Source of the DNA: Hydrurus foetidus | Taxonomy: Eukaryota | Assembly (NCBI GenBank): GCA_900617105.1 | Contig: UYFQ01000564.1 | Location: 1 to 37,018 of the forward strand | Length of the DNA stretch: 37,018 nt | Reading direction: 5' to 3' | Part shown: positions 1 through 8,599 of the stretch, piece after piece | Position numbering within the stretch: the first letter of the stretch is position 1 | Layout of the letters: every line of letters starts with the position of its first letter | Made by a program: the position numbers and the translations under genes | The notes under the pieces: model-generated | The model's input: only the letters and a program-made list of their open reading frames with translations | Databases searched by the model: none | Told to the model about the DNA's origin: nothing

Positions 1-199
1 GGGAAGGCAAAAGAGAAGGGAGGTCTAAAGGCTAAAAGGAGCTAGTTAGTTAGGGATGCAACAGAAGGTACGCTAGTAACTTCTGCAAAGCAGCACAAAC
101 TAGCTAGTGACTGATAGTCGTGGCTGTGAACACGAAGGTACTAAGGTGGAAACAGCATCTAATCGGCTGAATGGGGTAGCAGACCCTGAGGGAGCCACA
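1..199 (-). repeat. 3' LTR (partial)
   Basis: Aligns by eye to 8399-8599 with several substitutions and indels. Similarity stops exactly at ...GGAGCCACA, which is the TG start on the minus strand. Confidence 0.9.
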
Positions 200-255
200 C
201 TACCCCTACTTATCTCTCGTTTTCTCATTTCTCTCTCCCTCTCCCTCTCTCTCTT
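200..255 (-). promoter_or_regulatory. Polypurine tract (plus-strand primer site) preceding the 3' LTR
   Basis: The minus strand reads AAGAGAGAGAGGGAGAGGGAGAGAGAAATGAGAAAACGAGAGATAAGTAGGGGTAG, immediately followed by the LTR's TGT. Confidence 0.75.
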
Positions 256-561
256 GGTGAGTCTCTAGCTACAGTGTGTAACAAAACAAATATGACTCAA
301 GCGTGAGAAAGAAAATGCAGAAAAAGATAATAAAAAAAAATAAAATAAAATAAATAAATAAATACGTACAATAAATACAGATATTTGTACATGTGAGAGA
401 TGGGGGAAGTGAGAAACGAGAGTGCCTAGATGTGTTGTAACTAAGTGTTCCCCTACACATTTATGTCAGATTTTTACTGACTAAACCTCCTGAAAAGCAA
501 CGTAACGTTGTAAAATGAGGAGGAATCTTCAAAGATAATGTGTAGGTCGTTCCTGGGGAAC

Positions 562-2274
562 TTACTTTTCTGTCGGAATTATTTTCGACATGCCGTGAAG
601 GCGTAAATATGTGTGAAGAGCGTCTGTAAGACGAAGATTCTTCCACGACTCCCACGTATTGTGCGAGTCATCAAAGTCAGTCCATTTGACTAAAAACCGC
701 ATTTGGGTTTTGCGCCTGGAATTACCTTGGTGCTGAAGAATGGAATCGATAAAGAATTCCATATAATCGCGGCGTGATACATCAGCAGGATCCGTATGTT
801 TCGGATTGAAAACAAATTGTTTAAGATTACTAATATGAAGATGTTTATGTTTCTTCGTAGTTATATCTAACAACGTATAATCAGAATTGTGAATCGATAT
901 CACTTGAAACGGTCCCCGCCACAACGTGTGTAACCGTGTGGGCGGTTGTGTGGTATATCTAGCCAACACATATGAACCTACGGGAAAAACCGTTATATCC
1001 TGTGGACTTGTGGCAACGTGAGCCGCGTCCATTGTGCGCAAAGCAGTTTGTGCTTGGGCAATCAGGGTATCCTGGATGTGATACATCTCACAGACCACTT
1101 TCGATGCGGAAGTTTCCACTTCCGGTAATTGTGGGAATGGTGACAGTATGCCCGAATCAAGATTGATTTGGTTACCAAACAATAAACTTGCTGGAGAGGC
1201 ATTGGTACTGCTGTGAATTGAAGAATTCAAAATGCGCTGTACAAACGGTAAGCAGTTTTTGTACTGGTATACGTCGTTTGTATCATACAGGAACGAACGT
1301 AAGTACCGGTTAATTTCTTTATTAACTCGTTCAACTATAGCATTCTCTTGTTTAGAGTATGCTAGTGTCAGGTTGTGGGGTGTACCCGTTGACACGAGGA
1401 ATTGTTTGATCAATTCGTTAGCAAAATGCGAACCCCGATCAGATCTGATCATTTGGGGTGCACCGTATCTTCCAAAGTGTTGGAGAAGGCAATCGGTAGC
1501 CGATTGGGCCGTATTATCGGCACACCAAAATAGTTCTGTCCATCGTGTAAAAGCACAGATGATGACAAGAACGTAAGAGGCATCGGGGAAGGGTCCGATG
1601 AAATCGATGTTCAATACATGGAACGGTTTGTACGCCGAAGTAACGTACTTGTGTACACGTATCGGTACGCGGGTCGCGTTCATCTTCTGGCAGCATGCAC
1701 ATTGTTGTATAAACAAGTGGGTGTGCTGAACCATGTGTTCCCACTGAATGGGTAAGCCTAAAAGCTTTTCTACGGTGCGTTTAACGCCCCCGTGTCCAAC
1801 AAACTTGTTGTGGCACATGTTGAGTGCGTCACGCTGCGTATCAGTCATCTCTGGGATGACCTTGAGGGCGCCGCAAAACGGGCCCGGTAAGTTATCCGGT
1901 TCTGTGCCAGTGGTGGCTGGTTGAACCTTGATGACAAGGTCCGAGAGATTAGCACAGAGGCGGGACATAGCGTCCGCTACCGTGTTCTCAGATCCTCGCA
2001 CGTATGCGATTGTGTAATCGAGCTCTTGTAGAGCCATGGACCATCTCCCTACCATCGAGTTAGGGGAGGATTTCATGTATGTCAGATTTTTATGATCTGT
2101 GTGAATTGTAAACTTGCGATCACGTAATAGTGGATCAAGTTTTGTACAACACAAGTAGATAGCATAAGCTTCTTTCTGGATTGTTGACCAGTTCAACTGT
2201 GAGAAGGTGAGTGACTTACTCACAAATGAAATGGGTTTCATTTCATCTCCAACTTTTTTGGAACAGTACACCAC
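562..2274 (-). CDS. pol: Pol C-terminal part: RNase H, integrase (HHCC, DDE, GPY/F) and chromodomain; frameshifted continuation of 2243-4396
   Basis: RNase H motifs NWSTIQKEAYAI and FTIHTDHKNL. Zinc-binding H..GH...CACC. Catalytic motifs IDFIGP, SDRGSHF and ENAIVER. WRGPFQV. Chromodomain IDSILQHQG...FLVKWTDFDDSHNTWESWKNL. Confidence 0.95.
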   Translation of the reverse strand: MVYCSKKVGDEMKPISFVSKSLTFSQLNWSTIQKEAYAIYLCCTKLDPLLRDRKFTIHTDHKNLTYMKSSPNSMVGRWSMALQELDYTIAYVRGSENTVADAMSRLCANLSDLVIKVQPATTGTEPDNLPGPFCGALKVIPEMTDTQRDALNMCHNKFVGHGGVKRTVEKLLGLPIQWEHMVQHTHLFIQQCACCQKMNATRVPIRVHKYVTSAYKPFHVLNIDFIGPFPDASYVLVIICAFTRWTELFWCADNTAQSATDCLLQHFGRYGAPQMIRSDRGSHFANELIKQFLVSTGTPHNLTLAYSKQENAIVERVNKEINRYLRSFLYDTNDVYQYKNCLPFVQRILNSSIHSSTNASPASLLFGNQINLDSGILSPFPQLPEVETSASKVVCEMYHIQDTLIAQAQTALRTMDAAHVATSPQDITVFPVGSYVLARYTTQPPTRLHTLWRGPFQVISIHNSDYTLLDITTKKHKHLHISNLKQFVFNPKHTDPADVSRRDYMEFFIDSILQHQGNSRRKTQMRFLVKWTDFDDSHNTWESWKNLRLTDALHTYLRLHGMSKIIPTEK

Positions 2275-4396
2275 CTACACCATAATCCGATGCGTCGGTG
2301 TATAAATGTATTGGTGATACATTATCAATGAAGTGCATTAGGGGGCATTGAGAGATTGCCTGCCTAATGTCTTGAAACGCTTTAATGGTTTCAGCATTCC
2401 AAGTTACTCTGGAATGTTTATGAGTTGTAGACACCGTCATTTTATGTAACGGTGCTACTATGTTGGAGTGGTTTGGTACGAACCCTCTAAAATAGTTCGC
2501 TAAACCGAGAAATCCCCTAAGGGCAGTAACGGTTTTAGGGCGAGGAAAATCTAAAACAGATTTTATTTTCTCAGCCGACATAGATAACCCCTCTTTGGAG
2601 ATCACACGTCCGACGTATTCGAGGCGTGTAACTCCGAACTTACACTTCTTAGCTTTCAAGAATAAATTCTTTTCTCGAAAACGGATGAAGACATCACGAA
2701 GTCTCTGCAGAAACTCGTCAGGCCCATTACCAAATACAATGCAATCATCGAGATACATCTCACATGTTACATATAAAAGGCCCGCAAGGACAACCGTGGC
2801 CATCATCTCCTGGAAGTATGATGGGGCACGTTTGAGGCCGAAAGGCAATCGAGTGAATTGGTAAATTCCAGAGAAGCATATGAATGCAGTCAGGATTTTG
2901 GCTGATGCCGTAAGGGGTGCTTGGTGGTGGTAGCCGGACGTTAAGTCCATAACTCCAAAGATGTCAGGTTGACGAGCGCCAATGCGTTCAAACATTGCTG
3001 GAATGTTTGGGAGTGGCCAACTGGCCGACTCCGTACAGTTATTAAGTGGCCGGAAGTCAATACATACACGGTATTGTCCGGGTGACTTCTGTACTACCAC
3101 AGGGTGACTGTAGTATACCGCATTAGACTTTTCAACCACCCCGATCCGTATCAGATCCTGAAGGTTATTGTGAATCGCCTCTTCCTTCTGTGAGGATTGT
3201 GGGCGGAGCGGGGTCCTGTTACCAGGTACTTCCCATTGTGCCGCCTTATGATCAATATCAAAAGGAGGTATACGGGCCGGTTCACGGGCCACCTCATCTT
3301 GAAAGATGTCAATAAATTCGGTACATAATGCTCTGCATGCTGTTTGCAGAGCTTCCGACCCACCAAAGGTGATTGTCGAGATGACGTCGTTCGCCCTACC
3401 TGTTGGGGTAGGGTCTTTCATCAATGCAGAAAGAAACGGACCGAATGCATCTGTTTTGTCATCATCAATCTCATCTCCATTGAGATTGATTCCGCACGGC
3501 AACACGCTCGCGGCGTTAAGTGTTACTGTGTTCACTCTCGTCCCGGTCTCAGAAGGGGGGCGGTTAATACCACTGCCCGTCCATAGCGCAGATGGACCCC
3601 ACTCTTCTCCCACTGTTGGAATACGGTGGGTGCTCGAGTGACCTTCGTCTCCATTGTCAGCAGTGTCGGTAATTAGGCGACACTGTGTACAAGGACTACG
3701 CGATCCGACAGCGTCACTATGATGACAACAGACGTCGGTATGTGAATCTGTACCGATGTCGGACTCTGCCCTTAAGGGAAGTAGACCGATGTCATCTGGG
3801 CTGGGTGACGTTTCGATTAGCGTAGGGTCAAAGCCCATACGTTTCGGCGTCAGCACAAACAAGTTGTGTTGATTCAGGGACTTGCGTCCGATGATCAGAT
3901 CCAATTGTGCAAAAGGATTAACACTAAAAGTGATATAGATAGTGTGCTTAATATTACTATCATCGAAAAAAGTAAGGCCTAAATCGACTAAGGTATTACA
4001 CCTATAACAAGTTCCATCAAGACCGCTACAAACGTTAAGTGCTGTTGAAGACACATAACAATGAGCAAGTGCATCAAGTGAGACAAGCAGTGATTTGGAA
4101 ACAAAATCGCCGGCCATGCTACCCGTGTCTAGGAGCGCGTGCGCTGTAAGACTAAGTCCCGTGGACTGGGGTGCTGACGCGACTGTGGTGGGGGCGTGTC
4201 CCTGCAAGGTTCTTCGTTCATCCTTGAACACCAATAATGAAAGAAGTTCATTAGGATGTGTTGAGTGTACCGCTGCTACAAGTGAGTCAGACGGTAACGT
4301 ACCTATGAGCGGTATTTCCGACATGTCGGTCTGGTTATGGCATGCCGCCAGCACCTCCGAGATTAGAGGCAGGGAGGTATGGGGTGGCTGTAACAC
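2243..4396 (-). CDS. pol: Pol N-terminal part: aspartic protease, reverse transcriptase and start of RNase H
   Basis: Protease ALLDTGS and LIIGR. RT motifs YRVCIDFRPLN, LPFGLKRAP and YLDD. RNase H start LYTDASDYGVGGVL. The frame stays open upstream to about 4475. Confidence 0.95.
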   Translation of the reverse strand: MLQPPHTSLPLISEVLAACHNQTDMSEIPLIGTLPSDSLVAAVHSTHPNELLSLLVFKDERRTLQGHAPTTVASAPQSTGLSLTAHALLDTGSMAGDFVSKSLLVSLDALAHCYVSSTALNVCSGLDGTCYRCNTLVDLGLTFFDDSNIKHTIYITFSVNPFAQLDLIIGRKSLNQHNLFVLTPKRMGFDPTLIETSPSPDDIGLLPLRAESDIGTDSHTDVCCHHSDAVGSRSPCTQCRLITDTADNGDEGHSSTHRIPTVGEEWGPSALWTGSGINRPPSETGTRVNTVTLNAASVLPCGINLNGDEIDDDKTDAFGPFLSALMKDPTPTGRANDVISTITFGGSEALQTACRALCTEFIDIFQDEVAREPARIPPFDIDHKAAQWEVPGNRTPLRPQSSQKEEAIHNNLQDLIRIGVVEKSNAVYYSHPVVVQKSPGQYRVCIDFRPLNNCTESASWPLPNIPAMFERIGARQPDIFGVMDLTSGYHHQAPLTASAKILTAFICFSGIYQFTRLPFGLKRAPSYFQEMMATVVLAGLLYVTCEMYLDDCIVFGNGPDEFLQRLRDVFIRFREKNLFLKAKKCKFGVTRLEYVGRVISKEGLSMSAEKIKSVLDFPRPKTVTALRGFLGLANYFRGFVPNHSNIVAPLHKMTVSTTHKHSRVTWNAETIKAFQDIRQAISQCPLMHFIDNVSPIHLYTDASDYGVGGVLFQKSWR

Positions 4397-4427
4397 GTGA
4401 AGACATGTGGGAAGAACATTGTTAGTG

Positions 4428-5230
4428 TTATCCGATACTGTATTGGAGGGGGGTTGAGACCTCCAATGTATTCGTTACAAGTATGTCAGTGTTGAGTATA
4501 CATACAGGTGGTGGTGTATCGGTAGGTGTACATGTGTTAGTAGCATGTATCGCCACTACCAAGGACTCCACCACCGTGACATGAGGTAACGTACCATCAT
4601 ATGCGGCTGCGGGCGGTAGACCACTGTGGGTTGCGTTGGCGGAGGTGTTGTTGGCCAACGTGGTGTTTTGTCCCCCAGAACCGTATCGCGGTTTGTTGGT
4701 GGGACCTCGATTATAGTTCCCCCCCCATGATTGGGGTTCCCTTGGTATTTTTTCTTTTGGCCACCCCCTGGGGGCTGAGCTTTATTCAGTACCTCATCAG
4801 TGAAATTTGTTTCACGACGGGGTATGTGGATTTTAAAGCGGCCCAGACCAGGGATGCGATCATTGATAGGGTATGTCGCATGACCGTATTGTGCCCACGT
4901 GCGACCCATGTTGGAGTGGTCCCACGGGACATTGTGGTTGGTGTTTGAATCCACCATCCACATGTGTGGGCAATTTTTCAGCAGATGGTCCATATGTCCA
5001 CACGAGTTACACTGTCGGAGTGGTGTTGTTGGCAGTGCCAGCGGTGGCAAAGCTGGGAGTGCCGCACCAACCAACAGGGTTTTGGGGTTTGTCGTGAGAG
5101 ACAACCCGTATGGGTTTTGGGTAGCGGGGTGACAATAAATGTCGTTGGGGTCCCCAAAAGCCGCTACGTGTAGCTGAAGTTGGCGTACCGCATTGACTTG
5201 GGAGAAAAGCGACGCATCGCGAATTCCCAA
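4428..5230 (-). CDS. gag: Gag C-terminal part with CCHC zinc knuckle (frameshifted pieces 4556-5230 and 4428-~4720)
   Basis: CNSCGHMDHLLKNC fits C-x2-C-x4-H-x4-C. The pieces join the neighbouring frames by single-base changes in homopolymers at 5205-5208 and 4719-4726. Confidence 0.8.
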
Positions 5231-7650
5231 TCGTCCACGTCATGCGGGTTGACGCGTTTATGCTCTTTGTATTTGGCGGTGATGGCACCGTTAAGAGGCA
5301 TCTTTTTCTCGAAGATGAGAGTGAGTGCAGCATGGTCGGAGGTGCTGAGTGGGCCATGTACTTGTACATGGTTCTCCACCACCTCACGAAACTGAGTCAT
5401 GCAGCGCATCTCAATCTCCCTTTTGTTGTAACAAAAGGCGAGATGGACTTCCGAGAAATGCTCAGCTAGTGACTGTCCTAGCTGTGTGTCCGCGCGAAAG
5501 TAGCGCAGGACTAATTGTGCTACTTGAGGGACCGTCAGCGTCTGGAGCCACACTTTACGTGTTTCTTCCGCATATGGATAATCTTGATCCGTATGGATCT
5601 GATCATCGATACACCTGACTGCTTTAGTCGAGATGACTTGACCAACATCGTAGTTGTTGGTCCACCTCTGGGAGTGTTCGAAAAACTCCCGTGCTGCCTC
5701 TTGTCCAATAATGCCTGACGCATTTACGTTGAGAACGTAAAGCACCGTTTGCAAAGCAATAGCGGAGATGGGTCGGGAACCATCGTCCACAGCACGGCCA
5801 CCCACTACAAGCGCTGTAGGTGCCGCATTGGGTGTGGCAAACTGTACCGAGGGTACGTTGATCGGTGACGTACGATCGTGTATGTACCGTGGTATCGGTG
5901 GTCGTACCGGGTGCGCTGCATTGGGGTCGGGACCGCCCCCTGCAGCTCGGAATGCTGCTGTTTGCTGCTCGTAATCGATTACGCGAGCTGTTGCAGGCAG
6001 TATCACGATTTCAGGAGGATCCAAGGGGAGTGGGTTAGGAACCCGAATTTCCCGTGGGATCTCCTGGATGACTCGTTGGGGTCGTGGGTTATAATCCGTG
6101 TCACCGGTGAACGTACGTACGTATGTAGGCCGTTCCGGTGACCCTGGTGGGGAAGCTTGTCGCTTGCGTGATATGGGACCCTCTTGTGGAGGTGACGCGC
6201 GTTTGCGAGGAACGTCCGCTGTGCGGGTTATTGTCTCCACATTTTCGGGGATGCGCGTATCGCGACTCTCGAGTAGTCGAGAGTTGTCGGTGACGCGTAC
6301 GGTTGCCCGTGGGGTCGCACGTTCGTCCTCGTACTGGTTGTCGTTGTACTGACGACCGTCAGTATTACGGTTGCCCCGGTTGGAGGTATCCTGTTGGCGA
6401 CGATTGTCTCCTTGAGGATAATCCCTTGGGGGACTGTCATCGTAACCCTGTGGAGGTTCTCGACGACTTCTCCTATTGGGGTTGTTGTCTCCCTGGCGAA
6501 AACTGTCGTTGTTGTCGTCGCGAGAATTATCGAAACTGCGATTGTTAGTCGAATAATTTCCCCTGTTTGGGTTGTCATTACGACGAGAATCCTCGTAGTT
6601 ACGATTATCCCTTTGGGGGTTATCGTTGTGACGTTGGAAAGTGTCTCTGCGATTATCCCTGTTAGGGTTGTCGTCTTGTTGGCGATAGTCGTGATCGCGA
6701 CGCCCGTCATTCTGACGTGAGTTGTCGTCGTTGCGACGATTGTCGCTGCTGCGTCGATCGTCGTATTGACGTCTGTTGTCGTCGTTGAATGGGGTGTCGT
6801 AGCCGCGACGACCATCGTTGTCGTAGTCGTGGTTGTCGTCATTCTGACGGTAATTGTCGTTATAACGACGATTATCGCTTTGACGTTGGTTGTCATTGCG
6901 GCGATCATCGTTATATTGACGTCCCTCGTTATCGTAACGAACGTCGTTACGGTGCTCCGTACCGTATGACGGGCCCGTATTACGGTTGTCCCTGGGAGGG
7001 TTGGAGTCATCGTAGTTACGACGACTGTCGTTGTGACCTTGATTGTCATCATTAGAACGTCGATAATCGTTGTTGTTGCGACTATCGTCATTGTATTGAC
7101 GTTGGTTAGGATCGTGGCGTTGACGGTTATCGTAACGATTACCGTCATCACCGTCTTCGCTGCCACTCTGTTGATTCGGAGTGGGCGGATAGTCGCCCGT
7201 TGCATCTCCTTCGACGGGGTTATTCCGACGAGTTGAGTTGTCGTAACTGTCGAGGCCCCGACGACGGAGATATCGTTGCGGGGGTGAATCTATACGGTGG
7301 CGAGGGTTAGTATCGCCGTCGTCATCATCCCGGTCAGGGTTGCCATTATGGCGTGTTTGTTGACGGTTAGCGTCTGACGAACGCAACGTGACATTGTCAT
7401 GTTGTCGCGTTGTGTGAACGTCGTCGTCGTCGTCGATATTACGATTAGGCGGCGCCTGATTGGAACTGTTGGTAGGTCCCAGTATTGTTACTGGGAATAC
7501 CGGTCGATCAGTTCCATCAGACGCAGCTACTGCTGTCGGCGGTGTTGGTGTCGACTGAGTTTTTGAAACAGTCGTCGCTGCCGGAATTAATTGAGTGGTT
7601 AATTCGGCGAGTGACGGCGATATCTCCGAAGAGTCATCGGATAACGGCAT
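5164..7650 (-). CDS. gag: Gag-like protein with a long N/D/R-rich low-complexity N-terminal region
   Basis: 828-aa ATG-initiated ORF lying between the 5' LTR and the zinc knuckle/pol. The assignment is positional; a capsid motif was not recognised. Confidence 0.8.
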   Translation of the reverse strand: MPLSDDSSEISPSLAELTTQLIPAATTVSKTQSTPTPPTAVAASDGTDRPVFPVTILGPTNSSNQAPPNRNIDDDDDVHTTRQHDNVTLRSSDANRQQTRHNGNPDRDDDDGDTNPRHRIDSPPQRYLRRRGLDSYDNSTRRNNPVEGDATGDYPPTPNQQSGSEDGDDGNRYDNRQRHDPNQRQYNDDSRNNNDYRRSNDDNQGHNDSRRNYDDSNPPRDNRNTGPSYGTEHRNDVRYDNEGRQYNDDRRNDNQRQSDNRRYNDNYRQNDDNHDYDNDGRRGYDTPFNDDNRRQYDDRRSSDNRRNDDNSRQNDGRRDHDYRQQDDNPNRDNRRDTFQRHNDNPQRDNRNYEDSRRNDNPNRGNYSTNNRSFDNSRDDNNDSFRQGDNNPNRRSRREPPQGYDDSPPRDYPQGDNRRQQDTSNRGNRNTDGRQYNDNQYEDERATPRATVRVTDNSRLLESRDTRIPENVETITRTADVPRKRASPPQEGPISRKRQASPPGSPERPTYVRTFTGDTDYNPRPQRVIQEIPREIRVPNPLPLDPPEIVILPATARVIDYEQQTAAFRAAGGGPDPNAAHPVRPPIPRYIHDRTSPINVPSVQFATPNAAPTALVVGGRAVDDGSRPISAIALQTVLYVLNVNASGIIGQEAAREFFEHSQRWTNNYDVGQVISTKAVRCIDDQIHTDQDYPYAEETRKVWLQTLTVPQVAQLVLRYFRADTQLGQSLAEHFSEVHLAFCYNKREIEMRCMTQFREVVENHVQVHGPLSTSDHAALTLIFEKKMPLNGAITAKYKEHKRVNPHDVDDWEFAMRRFSPKSMRYANFSYT

Positions 7651-7952
7651 TGTTAAATGACTTATGTCTTGACAATTTTAAATAGCGGGAGTCGCCAAAA
7701 AAATTTTGCAAGGGCTTCGCCTCGTGCCGTTTGGATAAAAATCAAACAGGCGATTAAGCGAAGCACAGTAAGTCAAGCAGGTTCTGGACGGATGAGTGAA
7801 TCAATCCGTACAAAATAAGTCGGGATTGGGAGACTTGCTCGACCAATAACGAGAACGGCGTGGAAGACAAAGCTATCCACGGACGTCGGCCAAGCAAAGC
7901 TTGCGGCGAGAGATGGGCAGAAGTTAACGGAGTTAACTCTGCACAAAAATTT

Positions 7953-8298
7953 GGGTTTGCTGAGATGAAACTCAAGCAACCACAAGACAGTCAAGTATCG
8001 GGAGAGAAGTCTCAACCCGAGTGACTAAGTTTACGGCAACCAGACTTCGGAGACTTGCTCGCGATAGTAAGAATTGCTCGCAAACGAGAATGTCGAATAA
8101 AATTCGAGATTCTCCACGCAGGTAATCGGTATGGGATTGCTGAGATGAAACTCAAGCAACCACGAAATAGTCAAGTATCGGGAGATACAGTGACTATGTT
8201 TACGGCGACCAGACTTCGGAGACTTGCTCGCGATAGTAAGAATTGCTCGTAAACGAGAATTTCGAATAAAATTCGAGATTCTCCACGCAGATAATCGG
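7953..8298. repeat. Imperfect tandem duplication (~170 bp x2) in the retrotransposon 5' leader
   Basis: 7953-8129 and 8133-8298 both read GGG.TTGCTGAGATGAAACTCAAGCAACCAC...TTCGAGATTCTCCACGCAG.TAATCGG. Confidence 0.92.
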
Positions 8299-8320
8299 GT
8301 GAGTTAGGGCAGCAGGGTAG

Positions 8321-8599
8321 TGTAGAGGATGGTAGCTTAGAGTAGGAGGATAGGGTCTAAAGAAGAGAAACTAAAGGAAGTAGATCTACTGTGACCTTGG
8401 AAGGCAAAGAGAGGGAAGTCTAAAGGCTAAAAGGAGCTAATTAGTTAGGGATGCAACAGAGGTTGCAGAAGTTACTAGTAACTTCTGCAAAGCAAACAAA
8501 CTAGCTAGTGACTGATAGTCGTGGCTGTGAACACGAAGGTACTAAGGTGGAAACAGCATCTAATCGACTGAATGGGGTAGCAGACCTGAGGGAGCCACA
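8321..8599 (-). repeat. 5' LTR (inner boundary uncertain: TGT at 8321 or at 8390)
   Basis: Matches 1-199 over 8399-8599. The outer end is sharp at 8599, where array sequence begins. The inner end cannot be fixed because the other LTR is cut off by the window. Confidence 0.8.

Larger units (their letters stand above)
1..8599 (-). mobile_element. Ty3/Gypsy LTR retrotransposon with chromodomain integrase (chromovirus-like); 3' LTR truncated by the window start
   Basis: Domain order on the minus strand is gag(CCHC)-PR-RT-RH-IN-chromodomain. Direct terminal repeats lie at 1-199 and ~8399-8599, both starting TGTGGCTCC on the minus strand. A purine tract precedes the 3' LTR. Confidence 0.96.

Noticed and set aside
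269..460. Hydrophobic 63-aa ORF as a possible env or membrane peptide
   Set aside because: It is the translation of a T-rich low-complexity 3' UTR tract.
6228..7236. Thr-rich 325-aa and Val/Ile-rich ORFs
   Set aside because: These are shadow frames of the low-complexity GAC/AAC-rich gag region.
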